Positions 1-9,784 of a stretch of 64,000 nucleotides of DNA are shown here, one piece after another. This DNA is from a virus. Positions within the stretch are counted from its first letter, which is position 1. Each line of letters opens with the position of its first letter. The stretch is taken from IMG/VR virus record IMGVR_UViG_3300010965_000427, positions 57,728 to 121,727 of that record. One strand, written 5' to 3'. The notes beneath the pieces are model-generated. The model did not search any database. It saw nothing but the letters and a program-made list of their open reading frames with translations, and was not told the DNA's origin. The position numbers and the translations under genes were made by a program.

Positions 1-183
1 GAAGCCAGACTAATCGAAGAAAGAGAATGCCCAAAATTGCATTCGGTAGTAAAACAATTTTATGAAAATAAACAAAATAGAGAATTAAGCACATCGTACG
101 ATACGTTAATAACTTTAGATAATAAGAAATACAAAATCTATTACGGCCATCTCGGAATCAATGCGTATCTCGTAAGCTGTTAA
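1..183 (+). CDS. 3' end of a hypothetical protein, truncated by the window edge
   Basis: Frame 1 is open from base 1 (EARLIEERECPK...) to TAA at 181-183 and is followed by a palindrome. Confidence 0.6.
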   Translation, partial: EARLIEERECPKLHSVVKQFYENKQNRELSTSYDTLITLDNKKYKIYYGHLGINAYLVSC

Positions 184-200
184 AGAAGCAGCCAGTGGCT

Positions 201-230
201 TTAAAGAGACTGGATATCCAGTCTCTTTAA
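201..230. repeat. 30-bp perfect palindrome, possibly a terminator or processing hairpin
   Basis: TTAAAGAGACTGGAT|ATCCAGTCTCTTTAA is its own reverse complement and is intergenic. Confidence 0.85.
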
Positions 231-258
231 TTAAAAACCCCCAGGAGAATTTCAAAAA

Positions 259-675
259 ATGATTGAAAATGTTGAAAATGAAAAACCAGTATCGAAAAGC
301 GTGCCGTTAACTCCTCTTGAATTATTTGACCGATTTTTTGACATCGAACTTTGTTCAGCTACTCAATTTCCATATGAAGTTATTAAATTAATTTGCTCAG
401 GAGTAAAAAATGAAAAAATTCATTTTGTAAATAACTTAAAAACTGGGCAATATTGTTTCTTAAATGAAGACGAAAATCCTTGTCTATTTATTAAAGATTC
501 AGTTCAAAGAGGTCTGTTTATTAGAATTCCGTCGTCCGACGATTCTCCAGATAAAATTTTAATGTACTATTATTCTCCAAATAAAGTAATATCGGTATAT
601 CCCACAATAAAAGCTATGGCAGAAATTTTGGGCGCGCTCTGTCTATGTGAACAAGAAGTTATGATTAAAGAATAA
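259..675 (+). CDS. hypothetical protein (138 aa)
   Basis: ORF with AGGAG Shine-Dalgarno upstream and a terminator downstream; no recognised motif. Confidence 0.75.
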   Translation: MIENVENEKPVSKSVPLTPLELFDRFFDIELCSATQFPYEVIKLICSGVKNEKIHFVNNLKTGQYCFLNEDENPCLFIKDSVQRGLFIRIPSSDDSPDKILMYYYSPNKVISVYPTIKAMAEILGALCLCEQEVMIKE

Positions 676-702
676 ATCTATTTTTTGCTAATCGAAATAC
701 GC

Positions 703-752
703 ACATTAGACGACTACCTAACCAGTAGTCGTCTAATGTAACTTTTTTTTTT
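703..752 (+). terminator. intrinsic terminator between convergent genes
   Basis: 15-bp stem ACATTAGACGACTAC/GTAGTCGTCTAATGT with a 7-nt loop, followed by a T run. Confidence 0.85.
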
Positions 753-767
753 AAAATAATTTACTAT

Positions 768-3476
768 TTATTTTTTTTCAGAACTATTTGGTTCTTTATT
801 TTTTTCTTGATCTTTTTCAGGTGTTTCGGATTCTTCCTTAGACGCCTCTGGCTCCTCTTCAGGCATCTCCGGCTCTTCCTCAGGAACCTCTGGCTCCTCT
901 TCCATATTGAAATTGTCTTCTTCAGTTCCGTCATTTTCAGAAGGACTTTCAGAACCTGGCTCCGTTCCAAGCCTTTCTAAATCAGTATTAGCAGCTTGCT
1001 CTGCTGGTTTTAAACTTTTAATAAATTCAATAGAGCTTAAAACAACCCCTTCGTTATGTTCTTTCATTATTTCATATAAATTAATAGTGGCTTTCCCATT
1101 TTCATCTGGAGTGACTATATCTGAAAGTTCTAACATAAACCCATTGTCGGCTTGCCATCTTCTTAAAAAGAACGCCTTAAATGTATTTTTAATAGCATCT
1201 ATATTAGATCCTAATTCACCAATTAATTCGGTAGTCATGAAATCAGAGTTTAACCATGCGTCTATTGTTTTTTCTAATGTTTCCGCATATTCATCGTATG
1301 CTTCTATTTGGCTTTTTATAGTAGTTACATCTGGTTTTGGCAAAGACAAATCTACGTTATCAACAAATTTATCGTACATATATAAATAATAACTATCTTC
1401 GTTTTCTTTAAATAATTCTTTTTCTTCATCTGTTGCTGTTCTATCTAGTAAGCCTGTATTGCTTTTCATTAAGTCAATTATTTTATTTCTTATAATGGAG
1501 TCATTACGTGCTATTATTTGTGTGAAATTTGTTAATTGAGGAGTAAATTCATCTTGAATGATGGTTACTCTTTTTGATAATAAAACATTATTTGCTAATA
1601 CAGTTGTTGCAAAATCAGCTTGGAATCCTGAATCTACAGTTTCTGGAGTTAGCCCAATAGCCATTAGCATCTGCTTTCTTAATAATTCGTCCAGATCGCT
1701 GTCTGGAACTGTATGCTGCATATTTCTTGTTTCAAATTCAAACTTAGTTTGTGGTAAAGCAGGATGCCCTTCGAACGTTAATTCTAACCCTGCTCTCTGC
1801 ACCCAATCTACTAAATCTACGGGGGCGTTAATTCCTAATGGAAAATATTGTTGACGCATTTTTGTAAGTTCATGCATAGCAATTTCAATTGTTCTTTGAG
1901 GATCTGGATCGCTCGGATCTAAAATCATATTAACATGTGTTAACGCAATAGAATTTTTTGTTAATGCCATAACCTTGGCAAATAGCAATATCCCTCTGAG
2001 ACTAGTTAATATTTTTAAATCATCTAATAATGTTTTACCTATTCCGCTATCGTGGTATTTTAATGCAAAATAAGTTACTAATTCTGACGGAACATAAATC
2101 ATTCTTGTATATTGGTTTGCTAATGCTCTGGCTAACATTATTCGATACAGTTCATTATTTTGGCCAATTTCCGTTTTTCTTCCATATGCGCCATTTTTTA
2201 ATCTTTGAATTAAGTCAGACTCAATAATACTTGCATAAATTTGAGTGGCCTGAGGTATAGTAAGACTTAAATTATCTTTTCCTGCTAAGTTTCTTTTTGC
2301 TCTTTGTAATAAGAACGTGGATAGTTCTCCTCTTGGATTTCCAAGCTGGAGTTGAATGTCTCCTAAATATTTTTTATTAGTAAGATGAGATACTGGATTT
2401 CCTTCTTCGTCAATAATTACAAAATATCCTACATGCTCTCTTTTATTTCCAGGTACACAAACAGGAATTACGGATTCTGAAGGAAATTTTAAAACTAATG
2501 GACGCCCGATCGATTTACGTTTTGTTTGCCCGCTATTTGGAACGCTGACTAATGGCACTGCTTGGTTGGGTGGACTTTTGTATAGCAGTTTTTCTATTTT
2601 ACTAGCTGATAATGACTCAGTCGAAATTCTTCTTGGCGATATTACTGATCTTACTTTATTTTTTGCATTCGTTGTAATAAGTTCCGGAAGTTTTAAAAAG
2701 TGGTAATTATCGGAGACTTCTATCATAAAACTAGGAAGCCTCGTAACTTCTCCATTATTAATTTCACAAATACAAGGAGCGATTGGGTCTCTTTGTGCAG
2801 TATAAAAATTTCTTTCAAACGATTCTAATCCAATTTTAGCATTAGAAGGTTTTTTAGTTTGAAAACTTTCTCCCAGTATTCCTAAAGAAACGGCTTCTCC
2901 AGCAGGAGACACAATCGATCCTAAAGATTCTACGGAAATAGTTCTAGACCCATTAATAAGTTCGTCAACTGCATTTTCTGGCAATACAGCAAACACATAT
3001 GAGCCAGTTTCAAAAAGTATTTCTCTTAATATTTGTGGAAGAAGTTTAGTAACAGTATAGGCTGTATCACATTGATTTTTAAATTCTTTTAACAAGGTGG
3101 AAGTAAGCTCGCTGCAAAAAACAGGGCTCTTCATTTTATATAAAATTTCTGATGTTACCATATCTTTTGGTGACAATATAGAACTTACAAGAATTTGAGC
3201 AGCTAATTCTAAATCTGGAAATAACTGCTGAGCATTGCGAGAATCTTCGATGTTGCTTTGAATTTTTTCACTTAACGAAGTAAATGACGATTCGCTAAGA
3301 TTGTAATAGGAATTGGGGTTATTTATATCTGTTTTTCTCGGATCTTTATTTACTACCAATTTGCTAATAATGGCCGCCAGCTCTGGTTTTCCATTAATAA
3401 TTCCAATAGCTGGATATTTTTTCTTTGAATTAACTAGACGCACAATTTCGTCAATTGAGCTTTCTTTAGTGGGCAT
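768..3476 (-). CDS. portal protein, phiKZ gp129-like (902 aa)
   Basis: Motifs LFPDLELAAQILVSSILSPKDM, GRPLVLKFPSESVIPV and HVGYFVIIDEEGNP, an acidic C-tail, and divergent placement next to a gp128-like gene match phiKZ-type portals as recalled. Confidence 0.8.
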   Translation of the reverse strand: MPTKESSIDEIVRLVNSKKKYPAIGIINGKPELAAIISKLVVNKDPRKTDINNPNSYYNLSESSFTSLSEKIQSNIEDSRNAQQLFPDLELAAQILVSSILSPKDMVTSEILYKMKSPVFCSELTSTLLKEFKNQCDTAYTVTKLLPQILREILFETGSYVFAVLPENAVDELINGSRTISVESLGSIVSPAGEAVSLGILGESFQTKKPSNAKIGLESFERNFYTAQRDPIAPCICEINNGEVTRLPSFMIEVSDNYHFLKLPELITTNAKNKVRSVISPRRISTESLSASKIEKLLYKSPPNQAVPLVSVPNSGQTKRKSIGRPLVLKFPSESVIPVCVPGNKREHVGYFVIIDEEGNPVSHLTNKKYLGDIQLQLGNPRGELSTFLLQRAKRNLAGKDNLSLTIPQATQIYASIIESDLIQRLKNGAYGRKTEIGQNNELYRIMLARALANQYTRMIYVPSELVTYFALKYHDSGIGKTLLDDLKILTSLRGILLFAKVMALTKNSIALTHVNMILDPSDPDPQRTIEIAMHELTKMRQQYFPLGINAPVDLVDWVQRAGLELTFEGHPALPQTKFEFETRNMQHTVPDSDLDELLRKQMLMAIGLTPETVDSGFQADFATTVLANNVLLSKRVTIIQDEFTPQLTNFTQIIARNDSIIRNKIIDLMKSNTGLLDRTATDEEKELFKENEDSYYLYMYDKFVDNVDLSLPKPDVTTIKSQIEAYDEYAETLEKTIDAWLNSDFMTTELIGELGSNIDAIKNTFKAFFLRRWQADNGFMLELSDIVTPDENGKATINLYEIMKEHNEGVVLSSIEFIKSLKPAEQAANTDLERLGTEPGSESPSENDGTEEDNFNMEEEPEVPEEEPEMPEEEPEASKEESETPEKDQEKNKEPNSSEKK
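846..902 (-). repeat. 21-bp tandem repeat encoding EEEPE[VM]P in the portal C-tail
   Basis: ctctggctcctcttcaggcat / ctccggctcttcctcaggaac / ctctggctcctcttc. Confidence 0.85.
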
Positions 3477-3519
3477 GAGGTATCTCTGTGTTAAAAACGA
3501 TTATTTTAAGGGATTTTAA

Positions 3520-5709
3520 ATGAGCAGTGATTCAACCCGGCTCTATTTAAAAGAATGTTTTATGCTTTGTAAAACATTGAAAATAAAATCTGAAGATTCA
3601 ATTAAAAAAATTAATGACGATCTGATTCTTCGTTACGGGCAAAATAGCGTTGATATTTATAGAAAAGAAACATGGAAATACTATCTGAATAGCTGTGGGC
3701 AATATCATGCAACTGATTTAGTAATGACAGTCAGTTCGTTAGACACATTAGAGGAAATAAGGTTTACTAGAGAAGTATTGAATTTACACCCCACAACATT
3801 TTTAAACTACCAATATGGAACAACCTATTATAACGGACTGCTGACAAAATATCCAGAGCAAGAACAATTAATTCTTGGAATTCTTTATCCGGCAATAATG
3901 AATGAAGCGATTGCTGCTAAAGACGGAGCAATATTAGCCTATGATATCAGATATATAGAGCCACAAGAAACTACCTTACTAAATGAACTCGAAGGCTGGA
4001 TTCAGGCTTTTTTAAAACGATGGCATGTAAGGGCTTTTGGGTTAAGCGATACTTTATATCCTACATCCCAACACGCAATAATGTATTTGCAATTAATTCC
4101 CACTCTTTTAAATCTTAGACTTAAACGCTGTAAAACGTCAGAAGCCCATACATTTCACATCTCATCTTATTTAGCTAGCCACGGTTATTTAGATAAATAC
4201 ATTGACTACCTTACATTAAAACAAAAACTATTTCTATATAAAAATATAGCTTATATTGAAAGACATCCTGGAAATGCCGATACTTTTAATTGGCTAATTC
4301 AAAAATTACTTACTGACAGATACATCCCAATAGCAGATTATTCAATTAAGTTTATAGATGAATTTACAGACACTGGAGAACCAAGTTATCATTTTCTAAA
4401 GAATCCAATAAATACAGAATACAATACAACAGATAAAGATATTTATACTTTAAATGAAATTTTTATAAAAGAGCAAAATTTAGTAAAAGGGAATAAGGAC
4501 TATTCAGACGCTAATGGATTATTAATTAATGCCACGATACAAGAATCTCCAAGTAGCGTTATTAAAACAAAACTATTAGAGTCAAGCATTGCTGATTACG
4601 GAAATTCAGAACCAATGTCTATTGATTCTATTTTGCTAAATCATTGGGGTTTTTATGCATCCAAAGAACTATATACCGCTCCAGTTTATTTTTTAAATCC
4701 AAAAACAAACGAAACACATGTTTTATTTGCAGATGCGGCTTTTAATTATTTACTTTATTTTTTATTATGCTCCAGAGGCGTTGTTCCACTGCGCATCCCA
4801 GATTTTTTTGCAAATCGTGTTCGACGAATTGCAAAACCAACAGCGCAGACAATGATGCAAGTTGTAGATAGAAACTCAATTCGTAATACATTATTAGCTA
4901 ATTGGCTTTTATCTCAACAACCTAATTCTTCATTAATGCAGTCCACTAGTAGTTTTTTTACATTTTGCAATGCAATTCACGAAGCCGGTTTAAAAGAATG
5001 GTATTTGATATCTAATGTGCATGATTACATAGAACGCGGTTTTTCAGATAATATGATAAATACACTATATGCAGATGGAAAAGCCACATTAGAGGATGCC
5101 GGAACACTCTACTCCGATTGGTTTGTTGCACATAATATTATTCCAGTAGAATATACCAGAGAAGAAGCAACTTTAGCTTATCAAAGACTTTTTATCGCAG
5201 CCACTGGCTATGAATTAGATGAAACAAAAACACTAGCATCTATTCAAAAAGCAGGAATAGATATTTTAACACAATTGAGTAGTTACTCTATTCAATTTGT
5301 AAAATCAATAAATAAAACACCTTATATATCTATTAATTGGCCAGCTATTCGGGCTGGAAAATTAACAGCAATGCAATACGGATACGCATTTATTCCTAGT
5401 GTTATAGATGTTCTTTTTTCTTTATTTTCTAGCAGGAGGCTGTTAGAAATTGAGATTACTCCGTTTGTTTCAACAATATCGGTCAGTGGCAGTCAATCAT
5501 GTCAAATTAATATTTCTACAGACGCATATGTGGTTGAACACATCGTGCCAGAATTATATGTAAATATTGTTTTTCAAGCTCCTGTTATCTCATTTGAATA
5601 CAATGGATTAGATTTAGATATTTTTTCAAAATATGGAGGAATTGGTTTTGAGGGCTACGAGGCTTTAACAGAAGCTCAAAAATTATCTATTGTTGATATT
5701 TACCATTAG
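3520..5709 (+). CDS. virion structural protein, phiKZ gp128-like (putative baseplate/neck component)
   Basis: 729-aa ORF with TWKYYLN and RCKTSEAHTFHI motifs typical of this family; synteny with the portal. Confidence 0.7.
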   Translation: MSSDSTRLYLKECFMLCKTLKIKSEDSIKKINDDLILRYGQNSVDIYRKETWKYYLNSCGQYHATDLVMTVSSLDTLEEIRFTREVLNLHPTTFLNYQYGTTYYNGLLTKYPEQEQLILGILYPAIMNEAIAAKDGAILAYDIRYIEPQETTLLNELEGWIQAFLKRWHVRAFGLSDTLYPTSQHAIMYLQLIPTLLNLRLKRCKTSEAHTFHISSYLASHGYLDKYIDYLTLKQKLFLYKNIAYIERHPGNADTFNWLIQKLLTDRYIPIADYSIKFIDEFTDTGEPSYHFLKNPINTEYNTTDKDIYTLNEIFIKEQNLVKGNKDYSDANGLLINATIQESPSSVIKTKLLESSIADYGNSEPMSIDSILLNHWGFYASKELYTAPVYFLNPKTNETHVLFADAAFNYLLYFLLCSRGVVPLRIPDFFANRVRRIAKPTAQTMMQVVDRNSIRNTLLANWLLSQQPNSSLMQSTSSFFTFCNAIHEAGLKEWYLISNVHDYIERGFSDNMINTLYADGKATLEDAGTLYSDWFVAHNIIPVEYTREEATLAYQRLFIAATGYELDETKTLASIQKAGIDILTQLSSYSIQFVKSINKTPYISINWPAIRAGKLTAMQYGYAFIPSVIDVLFSLFSSRRLLEIEITPFVSTISVSGSQSCQINISTDAYVVEHIVPELYVNIVFQAPVISFEYNGLDLDIFSKYGGIGFEGYEALTEAQKLSIVDIYH

Positions 5710-5732
5710 TTTTTCAACTCAGGAATAAAGAG

Positions 5733-6584
5733 ATGCAGTCTACTGTTAGAACAGTTTATGGAGCGTATCTTCAAACGTGCCATTATTTAAAGGTGCCGTT
5801 TACAGTAGTAAACCACACTACATTAAATGAAAAGCTCAACATTTTTTCAGACCTAGTTCTTGCGCAAGGCGAAGTTCCATCCACAGCCTATTTTTGCATA
5901 GGAAACGGTGGGCACAGGGCCGCTATAGGGGCAGACGGAGTTGCGCTAATAGAAGTTGTGCAACATACTCCGCGACATGCAGGATTGTATAATCAATTGC
6001 CTTTTGTATTAAGGAGGCCCGCCAATGATCTTACACAAGCAGAAAGAGCAAAATATAGATTAAGGCGCATAGAATATCATGACTCAGTTCAATACGTTGC
6101 ATATTATGCTCGCGTACTTGACTTGACTTCTTCAATACCACAAATGGAACATGTGACAATTATAGATGGAGTAAAGGAAACTACTCCGTTTATTCCTACC
6201 ACCTCAGATCTCAACCCAGTGCCTCCGGCAATTCCAAATACAGGAGCCGTAGTTGTAACAGGGGATTATTTATTCTGTAGCGCCAGAATACCAATGATAT
6301 TAAATAGCCAGGATGTAACTGAATTTTTAAATGTAGCAAATATCATTTACGGTTCTGAAAATTATGCAACAATCAGCGAAATTGCTTTATGCTCTGGCAT
6401 TGATCGTATAGTATCCGGTATATTTAATGGCGTCACAGCTACATATACGGACGCCATTGCCGTGCAAATAGTTAACTTTATTTCTGCATTCTATTCAATG
6501 CCATTCAATAACGAAGGATTAAGTATTCACACCAGCGTGGGATCTGTTGAGCCGCTATTATCGACTGTCCCAGTCATCCAATAA
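5733..6584 (+). CDS. virion structural protein, phiKZ gp127-like
   Basis: TTLNEK, YFCIGNGGH and LPFVLR...NDL...R.KYRLR motifs; synteny. Confidence 0.7.
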   Translation: MQSTVRTVYGAYLQTCHYLKVPFTVVNHTTLNEKLNIFSDLVLAQGEVPSTAYFCIGNGGHRAAIGADGVALIEVVQHTPRHAGLYNQLPFVLRRPANDLTQAERAKYRLRRIEYHDSVQYVAYYARVLDLTSSIPQMEHVTIIDGVKETTPFIPTTSDLNPVPPAIPNTGAVVVTGDYLFCSARIPMILNSQDVTEFLNVANIIYGSENYATISEIALCSGIDRIVSGIFNGVTATYTDAIAVQIVNFISAFYSMPFNNEGLSIHTSVGSVEPLLSTVPVIQ

Positions 6585-6590
6585 GCACGA

Positions 6591-7178
6591 ATGCTTAGAT
6601 TTCCACAAAAGGGCTCGACTTCTGTTTGTTTTTGCGGAATTGATCCAGGAACTAACTATCTTGGATTTTCTGTATTTACATTCGAAGTCGTTTCCCTTTC
6701 AATTTTATCAATAGACGCAGTTACATTTGAATCTGAAAAACTTGTTAAAGGGTATAGTAATATTTTTGAATCCCATTCTGAACGCACTGCCAAAATCATT
6801 GCACAAAAAGACAATCTTGTTTCACAATTTCGTTTTAATAAACCAGCTTTTGTTTGCTGTGAGAGCCCTTTCTATAATAGATTAAGGCCAAGTGCTTACG
6901 GGCCATTGGTGGAAATGATATTTGCAATTAAAACAGCGTGCATTGAGTATGATAAAACAATGCCATTTTACTTATATGACCCATCAAGCATTAAAAAAAC
7001 AATTGGAGCTAATGCCATTGGCGATAAAAAAAATGTATATAATGCGCTTTGTAAACATGAAGAAATTTTAGCAAAATTAAAGCATCCGATCGACAAATAC
7101 GACGAACATTCAATTGATTCCATTGCAATTGCATATTCTCATTTTTGTTATTTAAAATCTTCGTTTTTTTTGTTATGA
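6591..7178 (+). CDS. ruvC: RuvC-like Holliday junction resolvase
   Basis: GIDPG motif, catalytic E in CCESPF, PSSIKK motif and C-terminal HSIDSIAIA. Confidence 0.88.
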   Translation: MLRFPQKGSTSVCFCGIDPGTNYLGFSVFTFEVVSLSILSIDAVTFESEKLVKGYSNIFESHSERTAKIIAQKDNLVSQFRFNKPAFVCCESPFYNRLRPSAYGPLVEMIFAIKTACIEYDKTMPFYLYDPSSIKKTIGANAIGDKKNVYNALCKHEEILAKLKHPIDKYDEHSIDSIAIAYSHFCYLKSSFFLL

Positions 7179-7195
7179 GTAGAAGGGCTTTTTAA

Positions 7196-7756
7196 ATGGA
7201 AACTATACTGGGCATTCCAAAATCTTTACTGGCCGTTTTTCGATTCTTTTTTTCACATCGTTTTTTAGTTTCTAGATACAATGCTATTCTTGTGTCGTTA
7301 GTTATTTTATTTCTCATTTTTGTTTCTGTAAGAACAGCAATAAATTTTTATACAAAAGATAACATAGTAGAAGCAGATGCTGTTACTCAAAACTCCATTT
7401 TTATAAAAGGATTAAATGAAGGGTTATTTACCAACGATAATAGTTTAATATATACCAATCTTAGTAAGAATGAACCATTACTTCCTATAGTTATTGCTTT
7501 TGAGAACCGACATGAAGTTCCGTGTTCTGTTAAAAGCATAGATAAAAAATCAAAAAAAATTACTCATGCCGTAAAAAAATACAAAAAGATTTATAAAAAG
7601 AATCACTATGTAAAAAAGCTATCGAAAAAACCTAATAAATATTTAGCTCAAAAAACTAAATATAAAAAAGCAATCAAAATAACAGGTAAATCGTGCTTTA
7701 AAGAAAAATCAAAAACAAATTGTTGGAAAACGACTAACTTTTTAAATAATAGTTAA
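7196..7756 (+). CDS. hypothetical membrane-anchored protein with a Lys-rich C-terminus
   Basis: Hydrophobic ILVSLVILFLIFVSV segment; the last ~70 aa are very Lys-rich. Confidence 0.6.
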   Translation: METILGIPKSLLAVFRFFFSHRFLVSRYNAILVSLVILFLIFVSVRTAINFYTKDNIVEADAVTQNSIFIKGLNEGLFTNDNSLIYTNLSKNEPLLPIVIAFENRHEVPCSVKSIDKKSKKITHAVKKYKKIYKKNHYVKKLSKKPNKYLAQKTKYKKAIKITGKSCFKEKSKTNCWKTTNFLNNS

Positions 7757-7942
7757 GCAAAATAGATTAGTAGATTAAGCTTTAATATGCCACTATAAGC
7801 CCTCAGCGCCTTATAGAGGGCGTTTCGTGTCTTAGCTGGCGTCATCTTAACCCTAAACTAAACGGGCTTGCAAAGCCGTTATTTTACAAATAATAAAATC
7901 AGGTTTTAAAAAAACGAATGCAACTAAAAGAGATCTATAAGA

Positions 7943-8599
7943 ATGTCTGAAAAAGCAACTGAAACCGAAATTGAGATTTATTCAAGAATTACCAATTTTA
8001 AAGGATTAATGCAAGCTGACAAAAAAGAAACGCACATACAAGCAAATTTTCGTTTTTCTGAAACTGCTTCTTTAAGAGTTAGAAAGACAATAAACGGAAA
8101 TGAAACAATTTACGAAGAGACAATTAAAATAGATAAACCAATTGCTAATACTGCATCTTCTAAAGAAGAAACTACAATACTAATATCTCAACTTTTTTTC
8201 GATGAATTTTTACAAGGAACGGAACACTATATGCATAAAGACAGGTACATTTTTATTTCTAAAGATCAAGCTTTAACATTAGAATTAAATGAAAAAACAA
8301 TCACCATAGTTGTTCCGGAAGTTATATATGAATGCGATGTATTTATAAAAGACGGCGGCGGTTACTACGATTGGTGTAAAATAGATGTAGAAATTGATAA
8401 TTTACTGGACTATTTGGGAGAATACCATGATGGTCTTGATATAAAAAAAATAATTGTAAAAGTAAAACAATTGCCATTTAAGCCAATCGATTCATTTGTA
8501 AAGACGTCAGCTACCGATGAACAAAAGACTTTTCTAGATAAACTCTATACAGATTACTTTATAAAAAAAACTTCAGATTTTAAAAGAGATATAACATGA
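7943..8599 (+). CDS. CYTH-like (triphosphate tunnel) domain protein
   Basis: N-terminal EIE, LRVRK, ETIK, K.RY and C-terminal IDVEID fit the CYTH pattern. Confidence 0.6.
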   Translation: MSEKATETEIEIYSRITNFKGLMQADKKETHIQANFRFSETASLRVRKTINGNETIYEETIKIDKPIANTASSKEETTILISQLFFDEFLQGTEHYMHKDRYIFISKDQALTLELNEKTITIVVPEVIYECDVFIKDGGGYYDWCKIDVEIDNLLDYLGEYHDGLDIKKIIVKVKQLPFKPIDSFVKTSATDEQKTFLDKLYTDYFIKKTSDFKRDIT

Positions 8600-8973
8600 G
8601 GCTTGCGTTTTTTTATAATTTTGCAAAATCCACAATAAATGAAATTTGTTCTAATAGAATTCGTAAAATAGATGTTAGTGAGTTGCAAGCGTCTCTTTTA
8701 GAGTCATTTGATAGCTTATCCGCCGAAGATAAACTAGAATTAATAACAAAAATTGTATCTGCCGACACCGACGATGCAATTTTAAAAACAGAAAATAAAC
8801 TACAACTTATCAGACTTAAAATATGGGTAATAAAAGCTTTATTTTTATCAATTTTGATAGTTATTTTATTAATCACAATAGTATTTATTTTCTTTGATGT
8901 ATCTAATACCGATTCAAAAATCGCCAGCTTCCTTTTTCAAGTAAAAAATATGTTTCACTTTATTTTTTCATAG
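8596..8973 (+). CDS. hypothetical membrane protein
   Basis: ATGA overlap with the upstream gene; long hydrophobic helix ALFLSILIVILLITIVFIFF. Confidence 0.7.
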   Translation: MRLAFFYNFAKSTINEICSNRIRKIDVSELQASLLESFDSLSAEDKLELITKIVSADTDDAILKTENKLQLIRLKIWVIKALFLSILIVILLITIVFIFFDVSNTDSKIASFLFQVKNMFHFIFS

Positions 8974-8998
8974 GTCTTTAACAATTTGGCTAACAGCA

Positions 8999-9032
8999 TT
9001 AGTTGCTGCCGAGCATGCTCGGCAGCAACTAA
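8999..9032. terminator. 34-bp perfect palindrome between convergent genes, probable bidirectional terminator
   Basis: TTAGTTGCTGCCGAGCA|TGCTCGGCAGCAACTAA. Confidence 0.8.
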
Positions 9033-9066
9033 CTGACTTTTATGTTTTTTTATTAACTAAATCTAT

Positions 9067-9690
9067 TTATGACGAAACAGATTCGCCTGGCCAAATAGGC
9101 GTGGGCCACTCTTTCTTAATTGAATTCCAATCTGAGGAAATAGTTTTTTCACCAGATTCAACAGCCGCCATGTATACTTCAAATGCTAGCCATGTGGAGT
9201 CTCGTAAATTACGGCAGTATTTTCCTTCGGCTGCATACTTTGGAACTTCTGAATTTCCAAAATCGCAGGCGCTTTTAAAATTGCTATAACCTCTGGTTGC
9301 AGCAAAAATATTTAAATCATTTTCAATTTGATTCGGAATTAATTCTTTAATCTTATTAATAAGTTCCGGAGAAGGCTGGGGATTTTGTGTTGGAGATATC
9401 AATGTAGGTAAATTTAGTTCATCTGTTTTTTCAGCAGGTAGCCGTGCTAATAGCTGATTTAAATCGTAAGCATTAACTGTATATGTAACGTGTATGCTCT
9501 GTCTATCTATTGAAATGGATCGATGTTCTTCTAAATAGCTGAATTCATCAACAGTTGGCTTAACCCCAAATAAACAAGGTGTATAAAAATCATATGGATG
9601 CCCTCTGTTTTCAATATGCAGGGCGTATACTGGATATTCAATAATCCGGTCATCTTCAATTCGACCATAAACCTTTAAATTGTCTAACAT
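9067..9690 (-). CDS. tail-fibre-associated protein or assembly chaperone
   Basis: C-terminal A.TRGY...SAC.F..S..PKYAAEG......RD.TW...WP pattern seen in small proteins downstream of fibre genes; last gene of the fibre operon. Confidence 0.6.
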   Translation of the reverse strand: MLDNLKVYGRIEDDRIIEYPVYALHIENRGHPYDFYTPCLFGVKPTVDEFSYLEEHRSISIDRQSIHVTYTVNAYDLNQLLARLPAEKTDELNLPTLISPTQNPQPSPELINKIKELIPNQIENDLNIFAATRGYSNFKSACDFGNSEVPKYAAEGKYCRNLRDSTWLAFEVYMAAVESGEKTISSDWNSIKKEWPTPIWPGESVSS

Positions 9691-9784
9691 GAAAAACTGC
9701 CCTTAAAAACTGTGGAAAACCGTTTGTTTATATGTAGTAAAATAATTTACAATGGTTATTATTTCCTTATTTTAATAGTAGGTA

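Noticed and set aside
7790-7885. tRNA gene
   Set aside because: No T-loop GTTCRA or cloverleaf could be built; no tRNA was recognised anywhere in the window.
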